DNA from: Clostridiales bacterium
GTDB lineage: Bacteria > Bacillota > Clostridia > Acetivibrionales > JBDMZA01
Direction: 5' to 3'
Length of the DNA stretch: 58,047 nucleotides
NCBI GenBank assembly: GCA_039770155.1
Contig: JBDMZA010000668.1
Coordinates: 1-58,047 of the forward strand
Below, in pieces: positions 45,190 to 54,817 of this stretch; the first letter of the stretch is position 1; every line of letters starts with the position of its first letter. The position numbers and the translations under genes are program-made. The notes beneath the pieces are model-generated. The model was not told where the DNA came from, searched no databases, and saw only the letters and a list, made by a program, of their open reading frames with translations.

Positions 45190-46283
45190 TTATCAATTAC
45201 CTCCAGTATTTTATTAGATATATAATTAACATCTTTTTCAGTTAAGGCACAATAAATTGGGATACTCAATATGTTATTCTTTATTTTTTCAGTGTTTAAG
45301 CATTTTACATTCTTATCAATGCTTTCTCCCAGGTTGCTTGAATGCTTAAGATAATAATAAGGGTGGTCGTAAACAGGGACATAGTGTATCTGTGTTTGTA
45401 TCCCATGATTGAGTAATTCTTGTCTAACTTTATCCCTATTGTTTACTTTTATAATATATAGATGGCAGGCGTTCGAAACTGGGAATTTTAATTGGTTTAA
45501 CGAATATTTTTTTAGTTTATAATAATATTCGCTAAAAATAAAATTTCGTCTAGATATAAAGTGGTCCATTTTGTAGTATTGGCTAATACCTAACGCTGCA
45601 TTGATATCAGACATTTTGTAATTATACCCAAGATAAACCATTTTGTTCTGGACCATCCCATGGATTCTTAAACATTTCATTAATTCATATGAAAAACTGT
45701 CATCCGTCAATATCATGCCACCTTCACCAGTTGTTATATTTTTGACTGGGTGAAAACTGAAACATACAAAATCCGGCTTTTCATTTTCATTAAAATAGTT
45801 GATTCCAAACGAATGACAAGCATCTGAAATTAGAATTAAATTTCTAGTTGTACAAATTTTCTTTAATTCTTTATAATTGCACAATTGCCCAGCCATATCA
45901 ACAGCTATAACAGCTTTTGTGTGCTTTGTTATTTTTCTTACTACATCTTTTGTATTAATCAGAAGCGTGTCTTCTTCAACATCAGCAAAAACAACTTTTG
46001 CACCACACATTTCCACAACATTTGCAGTTGCAACGAATGTTATGGCTGGTACAATAACTTCATCATCTTTTTTAAGGTCCAGAGCTTTTAAAACTAAATG
46101 TAATGAAGCAGTCCCAGAATTAACAGCTATAGCATAACTAAAAGAAAAATTATCCTTGATTAAGTTTTCAAACTTTTCTACGATAGGACCTTGGGTTAGA
46201 CACTTACTTTCAAGTGTCTTTATAACCGCGCTTATATCGCTTTCGTCTATGTAATGTTCTCCATATCGATATTTTTTATCCAT
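45180..46283 (-). CDS. pseC: DegT/DnrJ/EryC1-family PLP aminotransferase (PseC-like)
   Basis: The fold pattern is typical (LTQGP..., AVNSGTASLHL, PAITFVAT, FSFHPVKNITTGEGG with the catalytic Lys). The gene is adjacent to pseB. Confidence 0.8.
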   Translation of the reverse strand: MDKKYRYGEHYIDESDISAVIKTLESKCLTQGPIVEKFENLIKDNFSFSYAIAVNSGTASLHLVLKALDLKKDDEVIVPAITFVATANVVEMCGAKVVFADVEEDTLLINTKDVVRKITKHTKAVIAVDMAGQLCNYKELKKICTTRNLILISDACHSFGINYFNENEKPDFVCFSFHPVKNITTGEGGMILTDDSFSYELMKCLRIHGMVQNKMVYLGYNYKMSDINAALGISQYYKMDHFISRRNFIFSEYYYKLKKYSLNQLKFPVSNACHLYIIKVNNRDKVRQELLNHGIQTQIHYVPVYDHPYYYLKHSSNLGESIDKNVKCLNTEKIKNNILSIPIYCALTEKDVNYISNKILEVIDKCK

Positions 46284-47247
46284 TTAGAATATTCTCCATT
46301 TCTGAAACTGATAGCCGCTCAGTATTATTATCTGAACTATATGAAAAATCACCATCAACCTCTGAAAAATCAGCAAATGGCACTTCATAATTAAGCCAGT
46401 CAAAAACAGGTTTAATTATGAAAAATTCTCCACAATTTAATACATTTCTACTTTCTTCATTTGATATCAATGTTTCATGAAGCTTTTCCCCTTGCCTAAT
46501 TCCAATCATATCAATCTTACACTCAGGTGCAATTGCTTCAGCTAGTTCAACAACTCGCATTGATGGAATCTTAGGGATGAAAATTTCTCCACCTTTCATG
46601 TATTTTAGTGCAGTCAGAACAAATTCAACACCCTGATCAACTGTTAGCCAAAATCTAGTCATTCTATTATCTGTAATCGGAATCTTTCCTGTTTTCTTAG
46701 CTTCCTTAAATACATTGATAACAGATCCCCTTGAACCAATAACATTCCCATACCTAACAACAGATATACGAACATCTTTAGAGCCAACATAACTTGCCCC
46801 TGAGATTGCAAGCTTTTCCATGCATAATTTTGTAGCACCATACAAATTTACAGGATTTACCGCTTTATCTGTAGAAATAAAAATAACTCTTTTTACTTTA
46901 GTATCAATTGCAGCTTCAATTATGTTTTGCGCTCCAATTATGTTAGTTCTTATAGCTTCATACGGGTTATACTCACAGGATGGGACTTGTTTCTGAGCTG
47001 CAGCATGTACAACTATATTGATATCAGTGAAAGCCCTTTTAAGTCTGTTATAGTCTCGAATATCACCAATTAGAAAAGAAATCCTATCTTCATCTTTATA
47101 AAATTTTTGCATTTCAGATTGTTTTAGTTCATCTCTTGAAAATACATATATTTTTTTAACCTCATGTGCTAGTGCCTGTTTTACAAATTCTTTTCCAAAT
47201 GTGCCAGTACCCCCTGTAATTAATACTTTTTTATTTTTTAAGTACAT
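46276..47247 (-). CDS. pseB: UDP-N-acetylglucosamine 4,6-dehydratase (inverting), PseB/FlaA1 type
   Basis: It carries LITGGTGTFGKEF, FSRDELKQSEM, HAAAQKQVPSCEYNPYEAIRTNIIGAQN, STDKAVNPVNLYGATK, VRYGNVIGSRGSV, MTRFW and GIRQGEKLHE. The start is placed at the ATG after GGAGG. Confidence 0.9.
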   Translation of the reverse strand: MYLKNKKVLITGGTGTFGKEFVKQALAHEVKKIYVFSRDELKQSEMQKFYKDEDRISFLIGDIRDYNRLKRAFTDINIVVHAAAQKQVPSCEYNPYEAIRTNIIGAQNIIEAAIDTKVKRVIFISTDKAVNPVNLYGATKLCMEKLAISGASYVGSKDVRISVVRYGNVIGSRGSVINVFKEAKKTGKIPITDNRMTRFWLTVDQGVEFVLTALKYMKGGEIFIPKIPSMRVVELAEAIAPECKIDMIGIRQGEKLHETLISNEESRNVLNCGEFFIIKPVFDWLNYEVPFADFSEVDGDFSYSSDNNTERLSVSEMENILNG

Positions 47248-47401
47248 CTTAACCTCCAACCGTTTTTATACATATATTATAATACTAAAAAAAACAAAAA
47301 AAAAGATAACTTTGGAAACTATCATCTTTTTTTCTTTTTTCTTTCTAGAATATTTAGAAAGAAGGCAAAACCACCATGACAATAATATTATAACATACAA
47401 C

Positions 47402-48037
47402 TTAATCCCTAAACCAGTCTATAGAATTGTCAAATAAATCTTCAGAGATAGATTCTTCACCTCCTTCATAATGTCTATATTCTCTTATATCCCAACCATC
47501 AGGAACAACAATTAAATTCCAATTAATAGAGTAACTCTCAATTACTGAAGGCTTATCCATCCATTTTATTTTCCTGCCTACTATTTGTTTTTCAAAATTT
47601 TGTTCATTGAAGGGAATAGGATGTTCATGTATTTCAATCATTATCTTTCTAGCCTTTGCAATCCCATATTCAATGTCTCTAACTATAAAGTCATAGAATA
47701 TTTTATCATTTCTAGTTATTTCAAATTTTACAATATCATTCATTTCTGTTTCATTCCATTTTGTTTTTATAAAATTTGATTCATAGAATCTCATCCCCCA
47801 TGAACAGATTACCCCTGAAAACTCAATTAAATTATCATACGTTGGTTTTTCTCCTCTTGGAGATGCCCAATAATTATTATTTCCCCATTTCCCACCAATA
47901 CTATGAAAATGATTTTCAATTCTATAGACATCATAATATTCTTTATTTGAATAAGTGTCCCATTTCATTAACTCCATTTTTAACTTTGTAAAATCAGTAT
48001 TTTTGTCAATTAATTTTATTTCTGCCATTGTATACAT
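47402..48037 (-). CDS. Hypothetical protein (211 aa)
   Basis: An ORF between the head genes and the glycan operon with no motif. Confidence 0.5.
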   Translation of the reverse strand: MYTMAEIKLIDKNTDFTKLKMELMKWDTYSNKEYYDVYRIENHFHSIGGKWGNNNYWASPRGEKPTYDNLIEFSGVICSWGMRFYESNFIKTKWNETEMNDIVKFEITRNDKIFYDFIVRDIEYGIAKARKIMIEIHEHPIPFNEQNFEKQIVGRKIKWMDKPSVIESYSINWNLIVVPDGWDIREYRHYEGGEESISEDLFDNSIDWFRD

Positions 48038-48055
48038 TTCCTTTCAACAAAATAT

Positions 48056-48274
48056 TTAAAATCTGTCTATATCTTTTGGATTATTTAAGATTCCAAAACT
48101 ACCCAATGACACAATTATAAATGTCAGTGTAGCAGCTACAACCTTTTGATCGACACCAATTTTTTCATATACACCCCATAACCCAAGTATTACAACCAAT
48201 TCTGTTACAAAACTCAGCCAAACCACAGGACTTTTGACCCTATTATTCCTTTCCATTAACCTCATTCCTTTCAA
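48056..48274 (-). CDS. Small two-TM membrane protein (holin-like topology)
   Basis: The two hydrophobic segments are VVWLSFVTELVVILGLWGV and VVAATLTFIIVSLGSFGIL. Confidence 0.45.
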   Translation of the reverse strand: MKGMRLMERNNRVKSPVVWLSFVTELVVILGLWGVYEKIGVDQKVVAATLTFIIVSLGSFGILNNPKDIDRF

Positions 48275-48498
48275 TCATTATAATATATTCTTTTCGTTCT
48301 CATATATTCTTTCTCATTTATTTCCTGCCAATTCTTTGCATTAACTTCATCTAATCCAACAATACTATAAACCCCTTCTGGCGACTCAGCGACAAGCCCC
48401 AGCCCATAAACTTTAGTGTTTGCTAAGCCGCACATGTATAACTTTCCACCGCCCGAATGTTCATAAAATTTACCTAGTTCAAATTTCATTATATACAA
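48271..48498 (-). CDS. Hypothetical protein
   Basis: An ORF coupled to its neighbours. Confidence 0.45.
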   Translation of the reverse strand: MYIMKFELGKFYEHSGGGKLYMCGLANTKVYGLGLVAESPEGVYSIVGLDEVNAKNWQEINEKEYMRTKRIYYND

Positions 48499-48509
48499 TC
48501 AACGCCTTT

Positions 48510-49700
48510 CTACCTAGCTTTTTTAATCTGTTCTCTTTCATATTTTCGCCTTAAAAATTTGTTTTCCTTTAAATGATCTCTTTGCTTAGCTTGCCATTCT
48601 CTAGTTTTTTTATTATTATATTCTTCAGTTTTTTTGTCAAGTGAAGTATTTGACCTTCTTTTGTATGCCCTAATATTCCTCTCTATTGCTCTTTGTCTTA
48701 ACTGAGCCTGATATGCAAGCCTTTGAGCTTCTTCATACCCGTACTCATCAATTAATTTTTGCTCACGAGGATGAGTTCTAGTTTCAAGAGGCTTCGACAC
48801 ACCTTCAATGTATACAGATATGTCATGTAAACAGTTCGGATGAAATAACCCTTGTGTTTCAGCGTCGGCAACACTTTCATAATCTGGATGCCTTCCATCA
48901 ACTGATAAAATCTTACCTTCGTAAGGAGTGCAAAGCGGACATGCCCTAAAATGAGCCGATACGACGCATAAGGGATAACCAGTTTCAACAAAACGATTTA
49001 AGGAAGCTTGAACCGCTGCGCGGCCTGTTATTGTCCGGCCTAGCATTTCAGAATATGTATCAATTGACACATTTCTGCCATCTTTATATCTTATAGCCTG
49101 TAATCCTTTTTTGGAATATTCATTCAATAGAGCCTGGCTCATCCTTCTTCTTGTGAATATATCAGATTCTTTATAGCTTTGCTCTCCAACCATTATCGAA
49201 ACATCCCGATATAAGTCGTTTCCAGCTCTCAATATCTGTAAAGGCTGTTTATCTATCGAGTAATAAGCTGCATTCCTAAAAACTCCAAAAAATTGTGTAT
49301 GGTTTTGCCATCCTTCAAAAAATGCCAATTGCTGGCCTGTAATTGGCGGTATTGGTGGAATTGGAGGCGGTGATTTAATTAAAAAACTTCCAGTTAAGAC
49401 AGAATTAATATTGCTAGTCTTTAGGTTATTAGCGCGTAGTATGCTATTTGAATGTGTTAAACCTGCTATATAAGCTTTTGCCACGTCTTCATTAATCCAT
49501 TTTATTGCAGATTTTTTATATTTTTTTATTGCCTTAGTTAACCCAGTCTCATACTTTTCCCTAGCGGCAACAACTGCACCAGGATTATTTATACCTAGTT
49601 TATTTAATTTTAATAACAATCCGCCTACTTCCCAGACTAGTAATTCAGCAGCAAAAACTAATTCACTTGATAAATTTTCATACGTTGATTGGTTTATCAT
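48510..49700 (-). CDS. Head morphogenesis protein (SPP1 gp7 / Mu F family)
   Basis: The sequence CPLCTPYEGKI ... HPNCLHDIS is typical of Phage_Mu_F. The start is placed at ATG 49700, just after the upstream stop. Confidence 0.7.
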   Translation of the reverse strand: MINQSTYENLSSELVFAAELLVWEVGGLLLKLNKLGINNPGAVVAAREKYETGLTKAIKKYKKSAIKWINEDVAKAYIAGLTHSNSILRANNLKTSNINSVLTGSFLIKSPPPIPPIPPITGQQLAFFEGWQNHTQFFGVFRNAAYYSIDKQPLQILRAGNDLYRDVSIMVGEQSYKESDIFTRRRMSQALLNEYSKKGLQAIRYKDGRNVSIDTYSEMLGRTITGRAAVQASLNRFVETGYPLCVVSAHFRACPLCTPYEGKILSVDGRHPDYESVADAETQGLFHPNCLHDISVYIEGVSKPLETRTHPREQKLIDEYGYEEAQRLAYQAQLRQRAIERNIRAYKRRSNTSLDKKTEEYNNKKTREWQAKQRDHLKENKFLRRKYEREQIKKAR

Positions 49701-49701
49701 G

Positions 49702-49926
49702 TCAATCAGTACCTTTCTGTATAAAATGTCTAATTTCATCAATAACATTTTTCTTAATAGTTGATTGACTACAAATACTAAATTTTTCTAATTCTGGGTG
49801 GCTGTCCCCATGTAACAATATTTTATTAAATAAAGTACACCTATGGTTTAGCCCAAGAGCCTTAAAGCAATTCTGTTGTTTTTCGGTTAAAGATAAAAAC
49901 TGACAATTTCCACAAGTATCTTTCAT
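49702..49926 (-). CDS. Small Cys-rich protein
   Basis: It carries CGNC...C...C...H. Confidence 0.4.
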   Translation of the reverse strand: MKDTCGNCQFLSLTEKQQNCFKALGLNHRCTLFNKILLHGDSHPELEKFSICSQSTIKKNVIDEIRHFIQKGTD

Positions 49927-49954
49927 TTTATCACCTCATTTTTTTAAAATTTAA

Positions 49955-50356
49955 TCATCTGCTTTCACATATTTCAACAGCTTCAGCAATTCTTATCTTT
50001 GATATTTCTACCCAACAGTTACCTTCATTGATTAAAGCTTGGGCTTTATAAATATGCTTAGCTTTTCCTTCGCTAACTTTTGTACTTTCTTGCAAATTCT
50101 TAGCTGCTGCTAAATAACATTCAACACCAGTTAAAAGAAAACCATTTACTTTCATGTATATCTCAGGAACATTACTTCCTTCCAAGGCTTTTAATAATCT
50201 TGAAAATATATTAATTGCTTTAACATAATTAGGTATTTTCATTTGTGCCTGACCAACTATTTGAGTTAGACCAAGCTTAATTTCATTTGATAACTTTGAA
50301 GTGCATATCCTATAGTTATATTCTTTATCATTTTCCCATTTGTATCTATTATCCAT
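49955..50356 (-). CDS. Hypothetical protein
   Basis: An ORF downstream of the portal gene. Confidence 0.45.
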   Translation of the reverse strand: MDNRYKWENDKEYNYRICTSKLSNEIKLGLTQIVGQAQMKIPNYVKAINIFSRLLKALEGSNVPEIYMKVNGFLLTGVECYLAAAKNLQESTKVSEGKAKHIYKAQALINEGNCWVEISKIRIAEAVEICESR

Positions 50357-50399
50357 CTTTTATCTCCTTAAATTATTCTTATTTTCCACTTACAAATAC

Positions 50400-51899
50400 T
50401 TATACTAAAATTTCAGAACTAATTCCAGATTCCTTATTGATTCTGTCAACTTCTTCTTTTATTTCTGTTTCTGTCCAATCCGGATGTTGAGTTGTCACTT
50501 TCATAAGAGTTGATATTGCTCTAGCCTGTTCAAGGTTTCTTATAGTTTCAGACTGCTCCCTACTATCCGTAACTATACTATCCTCAAGCTCAACAGAAAC
50601 CGTTTCAGGGGTATAATTTTTTGCGGTTGTCGCTATATGCATGCGTTGTGCCTGGTTTATAAGTTCTTTTATTGCTACTTGCCAATATCGGGATTTTTTT
50701 TCACGAGTTAAAAAACTTTTTCGTTCCCTTATCCTTAGAGCTGTTCCACTTTCAGCACGCCCATCCGCATTTATCCCAAACGTTGCTGGGCTGTAACCGG
50801 ATTGTACAACAATTTGATTAAACCAATATTCACAGGTTTTTAAATGTTCTTCGACTCGCATTTCGAACTGAACTGGCTCGATTGGCTTTACATTGTCACC
50901 TCCCATTTTTGCGTTAGATAGGTTGATATTCAAAAAACACCGCTGGAATTTTGAAAATCTATTAAGTTTTACTGTTTCGGTACCACCTAAACTTGTGTCA
51001 ACTTCTCTAGTCGTCAATTCCTCGTCAATAAACACTTGACCCATTCCAAGTTCAATGTCGCGGACCCATGATGTATAAGAAAAATCCAAACTATCCATTA
51101 ATGGTATACATTGTGACCAATCATTGTTACCTAAGTAACTCCCAGGTGCCAGTTTGTTGGGCTTTTTGTTAGGGATATAAATACAACCTAAACCATTTAT
51201 ATTACTCATTTTCAAAGAATTTAAATTCAAGGTTGCTGTTTCCTCTATTGAATTTACATCAACTTCTATCCCTATTTTGTCATCGGAGCCTTTCATAAGT
51301 TTATACTCTATGATTAAGTCATTTCCAGCTCTTTTCCTATTTTCAAACAGCCGATAGACACAACTCCTTGAGTCATTCTCTTTCACTTCTCTATAGAATA
51401 ATATTTCCCATAACCGGCCTCTAAAAAAACTAGGGAATGCCTGTGTTGGCGTTATTATTGACACTATGGCAAGTTCTGACAATTCAGGTTGTATGTCCAA
51501 TTTTAGAAAACAGCCTGATAAAGCAGCGGTCAACTCTGCGCTCTCTAACAATACTGAATTCAAGTTATTTTCTTCTATGAATTCAGTTATAACTTTCCCT
51601 GAATCGTTTTCCTTTTCATACTTCAACCTTGGACTTTCAGAGAATAACAGGTCCGCTGATGTCCCTGCGATATCACCAGCGACAGGTAAATGACAAACAT
51701 TGGCCCTATCTTCTTTCTCTATCCTGATCCAAAATCTTGATTCAGCATCTAATTCGTTGTCCAGCTTATTTGCATAATATTTCAGCAATTCTTCTATATC
51801 TCCAGAGTACCAGGCTGCATATTCAGCATATTTATCATACCAAAAATTCCAATTTTTTGGTGGGAATGATGACCTTTCAGGTAGAAACATAAATTTCAC
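50400..51899 (-). CDS. Portal protein (SPP1 gp6-like by size and position)
   Basis: This 499-aa ORF lies directly downstream of TerL. Confidence 0.65.
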   Translation of the reverse strand: MKFMFLPERSSFPPKNWNFWYDKYAEYAAWYSGDIEELLKYYANKLDNELDAESRFWIRIEKEDRANVCHLPVAGDIAGTSADLLFSESPRLKYEKENDSGKVITEFIEENNLNSVLLESAELTAALSGCFLKLDIQPELSELAIVSIITPTQAFPSFFRGRLWEILFYREVKENDSRSCVYRLFENRKRAGNDLIIEYKLMKGSDDKIGIEVDVNSIEETATLNLNSLKMSNINGLGCIYIPNKKPNKLAPGSYLGNNDWSQCIPLMDSLDFSYTSWVRDIELGMGQVFIDEELTTREVDTSLGGTETVKLNRFSKFQRCFLNINLSNAKMGGDNVKPIEPVQFEMRVEEHLKTCEYWFNQIVVQSGYSPATFGINADGRAESGTALRIRERKSFLTREKKSRYWQVAIKELINQAQRMHIATTAKNYTPETVSVELEDSIVTDSREQSETIRNLEQARAISTLMKVTTQHPDWTETEIKEEVDRINKESGISSEILV

Positions 51900-51942
51900 T
51901 CCTTTTTAATTTTTTTTAAAATATATCCAGTTAAAAGAAAAC

Positions 51943-53307
51943 CTAACCAACCTTACCAAGAATTGATGTTCTACTCGCCGCCCATGCTATCAGTGCATCA
52001 GGGTAATGGTCGTCCTCTTTTGCTATTATTTCCTGCTCTACATTTTTATAATGAAACTTTTTTAATTTATCCTGTAAAACCTTATCTTTTATATTAATAA
52101 GATCTCTTTCAAGTAAAAACCTAACAACATCTATTGCAGTTGTTTTCCACTTATTGAAGGCAATCGGGACAACTTGAACCCAGGTCGCCCTTTTCTTCTT
52201 CAAAATTTTTCGTAGTGTAATTGTAGCATCCTTTGGATTAGAATCGCAGTATATCACGGAAATCTTATATTCTATACACATTTCTGCTATTTCATTACAG
52301 CGATCAGTTAATTCCCAGTATTCCCAACTTTTCGATATAGGAACATTGAAATATTCTTTGCAATTTTGGATTATATTTAGTACTGTACAAGTATGACCCC
52401 AGTCAATCCCTGCTTCTGTTTGGATTTTTGGTATATATCTTTCGAGTAATCCGCGCCTATAGGCTCTTTCGACTGACTCAAAATCAAATATTGATTCGCC
52501 TAGTTTTGGCCTTAAGCATAAAAATTCAGATTTCCACATAGCTTTAGTTATTTGCCTTTTTTTAGTTTCTATTTCTTCATTTGTCCAAAAACCATGAGGC
52601 TCCTTAACTTCTTCTATGCACCATTGATATAATTTAGCTTTTGTTTCATGCCTTTTGTCAATTATTTCACTCATTAACCCGAATGGCACATGTAAAGTTG
52701 AAGACACAATTACATTTTCAGGTATCCCATGCATTGACTTTGGTTGTCCTAACGCGGCCTGGTAAACTTTTTCGTCAAGCTCGTCACACTCATCAATTCT
52801 TAGTTTAGGTTGATGGCTTCCTCTAACTGATTTACTGCTCGCTGCCAATGCCCTAATCCAAGACCCGTTAGTCAGCTTACACCCACGCCCAGCTACTTCC
52901 CTATTGATTAACATGTGCTTTGGAGCTTTTTCATTTTGCCAAAATTCGCTTAAATATGCAATTGTTTTTTGGCTCTGTTCTAATGATCCACCAACAACAT
53001 TGATACCACAGTTAGGCTTAAACAATGTTTCAATATATGACAATGTCGATAAATCGTATGTTTTACCACCTGAACGATTTGCGTACCATATTGAAAATGG
53101 GGTTTGTTCAGAGTATGCATCCCACATTGCATCTAGTGGATACGAATGTGTTTTGCATTGTTTTTCCCAATCCCATGGTATTTTAAATTTAAAAAATGCA
53201 TCAATCCAGCTTGCGAATTGTTCTTTTGTTCGCGGAGCAATAGACAAAGGAGAATCCCAACCAGGGATATTTTTCACTATATCATTTAAATTAACAGATG
53301 GCTCCAT
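51943..53307 (-). CDS. Terminase large subunit
   Basis: Walker A-like is NRSGGKT and Walker B-like is LRIDECDEL. Acidic residues of a nuclease half lie in the C-terminal region. The gene follows TerS. Confidence 0.75.
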   Translation of the reverse strand: MEPSVNLNDIVKNIPGWDSPLSIAPRTKEQFASWIDAFFKFKIPWDWEKQCKTHSYPLDAMWDAYSEQTPFSIWYANRSGGKTYDLSTLSYIETLFKPNCGINVVGGSLEQSQKTIAYLSEFWQNEKAPKHMLINREVAGRGCKLTNGSWIRALAASSKSVRGSHQPKLRIDECDELDEKVYQAALGQPKSMHGIPENVIVSSTLHVPFGLMSEIIDKRHETKAKLYQWCIEEVKEPHGFWTNEEIETKKRQITKAMWKSEFLCLRPKLGESIFDFESVERAYRRGLLERYIPKIQTEAGIDWGHTCTVLNIIQNCKEYFNVPISKSWEYWELTDRCNEIAEMCIEYKISVIYCDSNPKDATITLRKILKKKRATWVQVVPIAFNKWKTTAIDVVRFLLERDLINIKDKVLQDKLKKFHYKNVEQEIIAKEDDHYPDALIAWAASRTSILGKVG

Positions 53308-53310
53308 GGC

Positions 53311-53880
53311 CTAATTCTCCTTTTTTCTTTTTGGATATAATTTATTAAAGGCTTCTTCAAATATTTTATTAGAATAACTTACCTTTTCATCATAGTTTGC
53401 TAAGGCATCTTTTATATCTTCAATAACTTCTTTGTCAATCCTTTTCCAATTTGGATCAAGATTACAAACTGCAAAAATTAAAAGATTTGCATTCCCTCTA
53501 ACTTTTTTCTTTGTTTTTTTTCTTTTAATTTTCTCTATTTTATGTTTTTCTACAACTTTACCATCTATTTCTTCCTCATATGGAGACAATTCAAGCTCTT
53601 CTGTCACTTCATCATATTCATATCCCATTGCCTCTTTGTATAATGCATTTTTGAGATTATTTACCAATCTAGCCTTGGATGCCTTCAAAGCTTCCGCCAA
53701 TTCTGGATATTTAGCTTTGTACTCAGATAAAGTCGAGTATCCGACATTTAATTCGTCTGCAACCCACTTTTCAGAGTATCCCTCTTTTCTCCATCCTTCA
53801 ATTAAATCTAGCTTAGGTTTTACTTTTTCATCATACCGGCATTTTGGCCCTCGCTTATTCCCTTTTTTCTTTTCTGCCAT
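53311..53880 (-). CDS. Terminase small subunit
   Basis: It has a basic N-terminal HTH region (GPKCRYDEKVKP...GYSEKWVADELNVGYSTLSEYK). The call is also supported by position. Confidence 0.6.
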   Translation of the reverse strand: MAEKKKGNKRGPKCRYDEKVKPKLDLIEGWRKEGYSEKWVADELNVGYSTLSEYKAKYPELAEALKASKARLVNNLKNALYKEAMGYEYDEVTEELELSPYEEEIDGKVVEKHKIEKIKRKKTKKKVRGNANLLIFAVCNLDPNWKRIDKEVIEDIKDALANYDEKVSYSNKIFEEAFNKLYPKRKKEN

Positions 53881-54187
53881 AACTCCACCTTCAATTTATT
53901 TTATACTAAATACCTCTTGTAATTAACTTTCTATATTCTTATTATAATACTTAAACAAAAAAACGCCAAATCGCTGACCGATTTAACGTTTTTTCTTGGA
54001 TATTCTAAACAAGAAGATTGTTTTAACTTATACATCATTTTTAAGCAAATCTGCAATAAGGCTTATTGCATAACAAAAAGTTGTTAACTTTTCTTCGCTT
54101 ATTTTGTTTGTTTCAAAAAGTTTTACTTTATCAGAGATAAAAAGCCTAAGAGATTTATTTGTATTTAGTCTCCTTTTTGTACCATTA

Positions 54188-54421
54188 TTATTTTTTTGCA
54201 CTTTTAAACCCTCCTTTTGATTTATTTCTTTTTTTTAGTATTGTGACTGTTTCACCCAACAATGATAAAATTTCATCAGGTGTTTTCGAACTCCCTTTAA
54301 TTACTTTGCCTTTATACATAAAGTCCGATGTAGCCAAAATAGTCATTGCTGCTATCAAATACTTTCCTTCTACCAAAGATGTATCGATATCCCCAATATC
54401 CCCAATATCCCTCATATCCAT
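54188..54421 (-). CDS. Hypothetical protein with an N-terminal DIGDIGDID repeat
   Basis: The ORF exists. The repeat is encoded by a 9-bp tandem DNA repeat. Confidence 0.4.
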   Translation of the reverse strand: MDMRDIGDIGDIDTSLVEGKYLIAAMTILATSDFMYKGKVIKGSSKTPDEILSLLGETVTILKKRNKSKGGFKSAKK

Positions 54422-54589
54422 TATTTTATAACGTCCTTTCCATCAAATTTATTATTTTTTTTGATTTACCTTATTTCTTGTATTTAGTATTGTAACTATA
54501 CTAAATACAATCCCAGTTACAGAAAAACCAATTACAAGACCCATAATCAATACTTCCATTTAATAACCATCTCCATAACTTATTTTTTT

Positions 54590-54817
54590 TTATATATTTC
54601 TATTTTTTTTTAACTCTTTTTCTAATTTCATCATATATTCATCATTTCCTTTTCCATCAAACAAATCCTCAAGCCCATCACCAAGGTCAGCCTTTAAAAA
54701 TTCCTCTAAATTAAAATATAATAAAAAATATATAAAACGTAGATAATTACTAATATTCCTCAATATAACTACAATTAATATCAATAATAGAACTATGGTA
54801 AATCCAATGTATATCAT
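54590..54817 (-). CDS. Small membrane protein
   Basis: It has an N-terminal TM segment (IYIGFTIVLLLILIVVIL). Confidence 0.45.
   Translation of the reverse strand: MIYIGFTIVLLLILIVVILRNISNYLRFIYFLLYFNLEEFLKADLGDGLEDLFDGKGNDEYMMKLEKELKKNRNI

Noticed and set aside
47339-47363. The 9-bp inverted repeat (ttctttcta / tagaaagaa) as a rho-independent terminator ahead of the glycan operon.
   Set aside because: In the direction of transcription (minus strand) the hairpin is followed by an A-rich tract, not a U-rich one. It may be an operator or a coincidence. A weaker hairpin followed by T-runs (about 47296-47330) is only a marginal terminator candidate.
48056-48274. The two-TM small protein in the head module as the phage holin.
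   Set aside because: Its topology is holin-like, but it is far from the endolysin. The membrane protein overlapping the amidase gene (20810-21382) is the positional holin candidate. The question is left unresolved rather than called.
52904-53926. Plus-strand ORFs 52904..53314 and 53432..53926.
   Set aside because: They are antisense to TerL and TerS, which have clear motifs and context.
54387-54420. The 9-bp tandem repeat (atatcccca x2 plus atatccctc) as a regulatory microsatellite.
   Set aside because: It lies inside ORF 54188..54421 and simply encodes DIGDIGDI. Only three copies are present.
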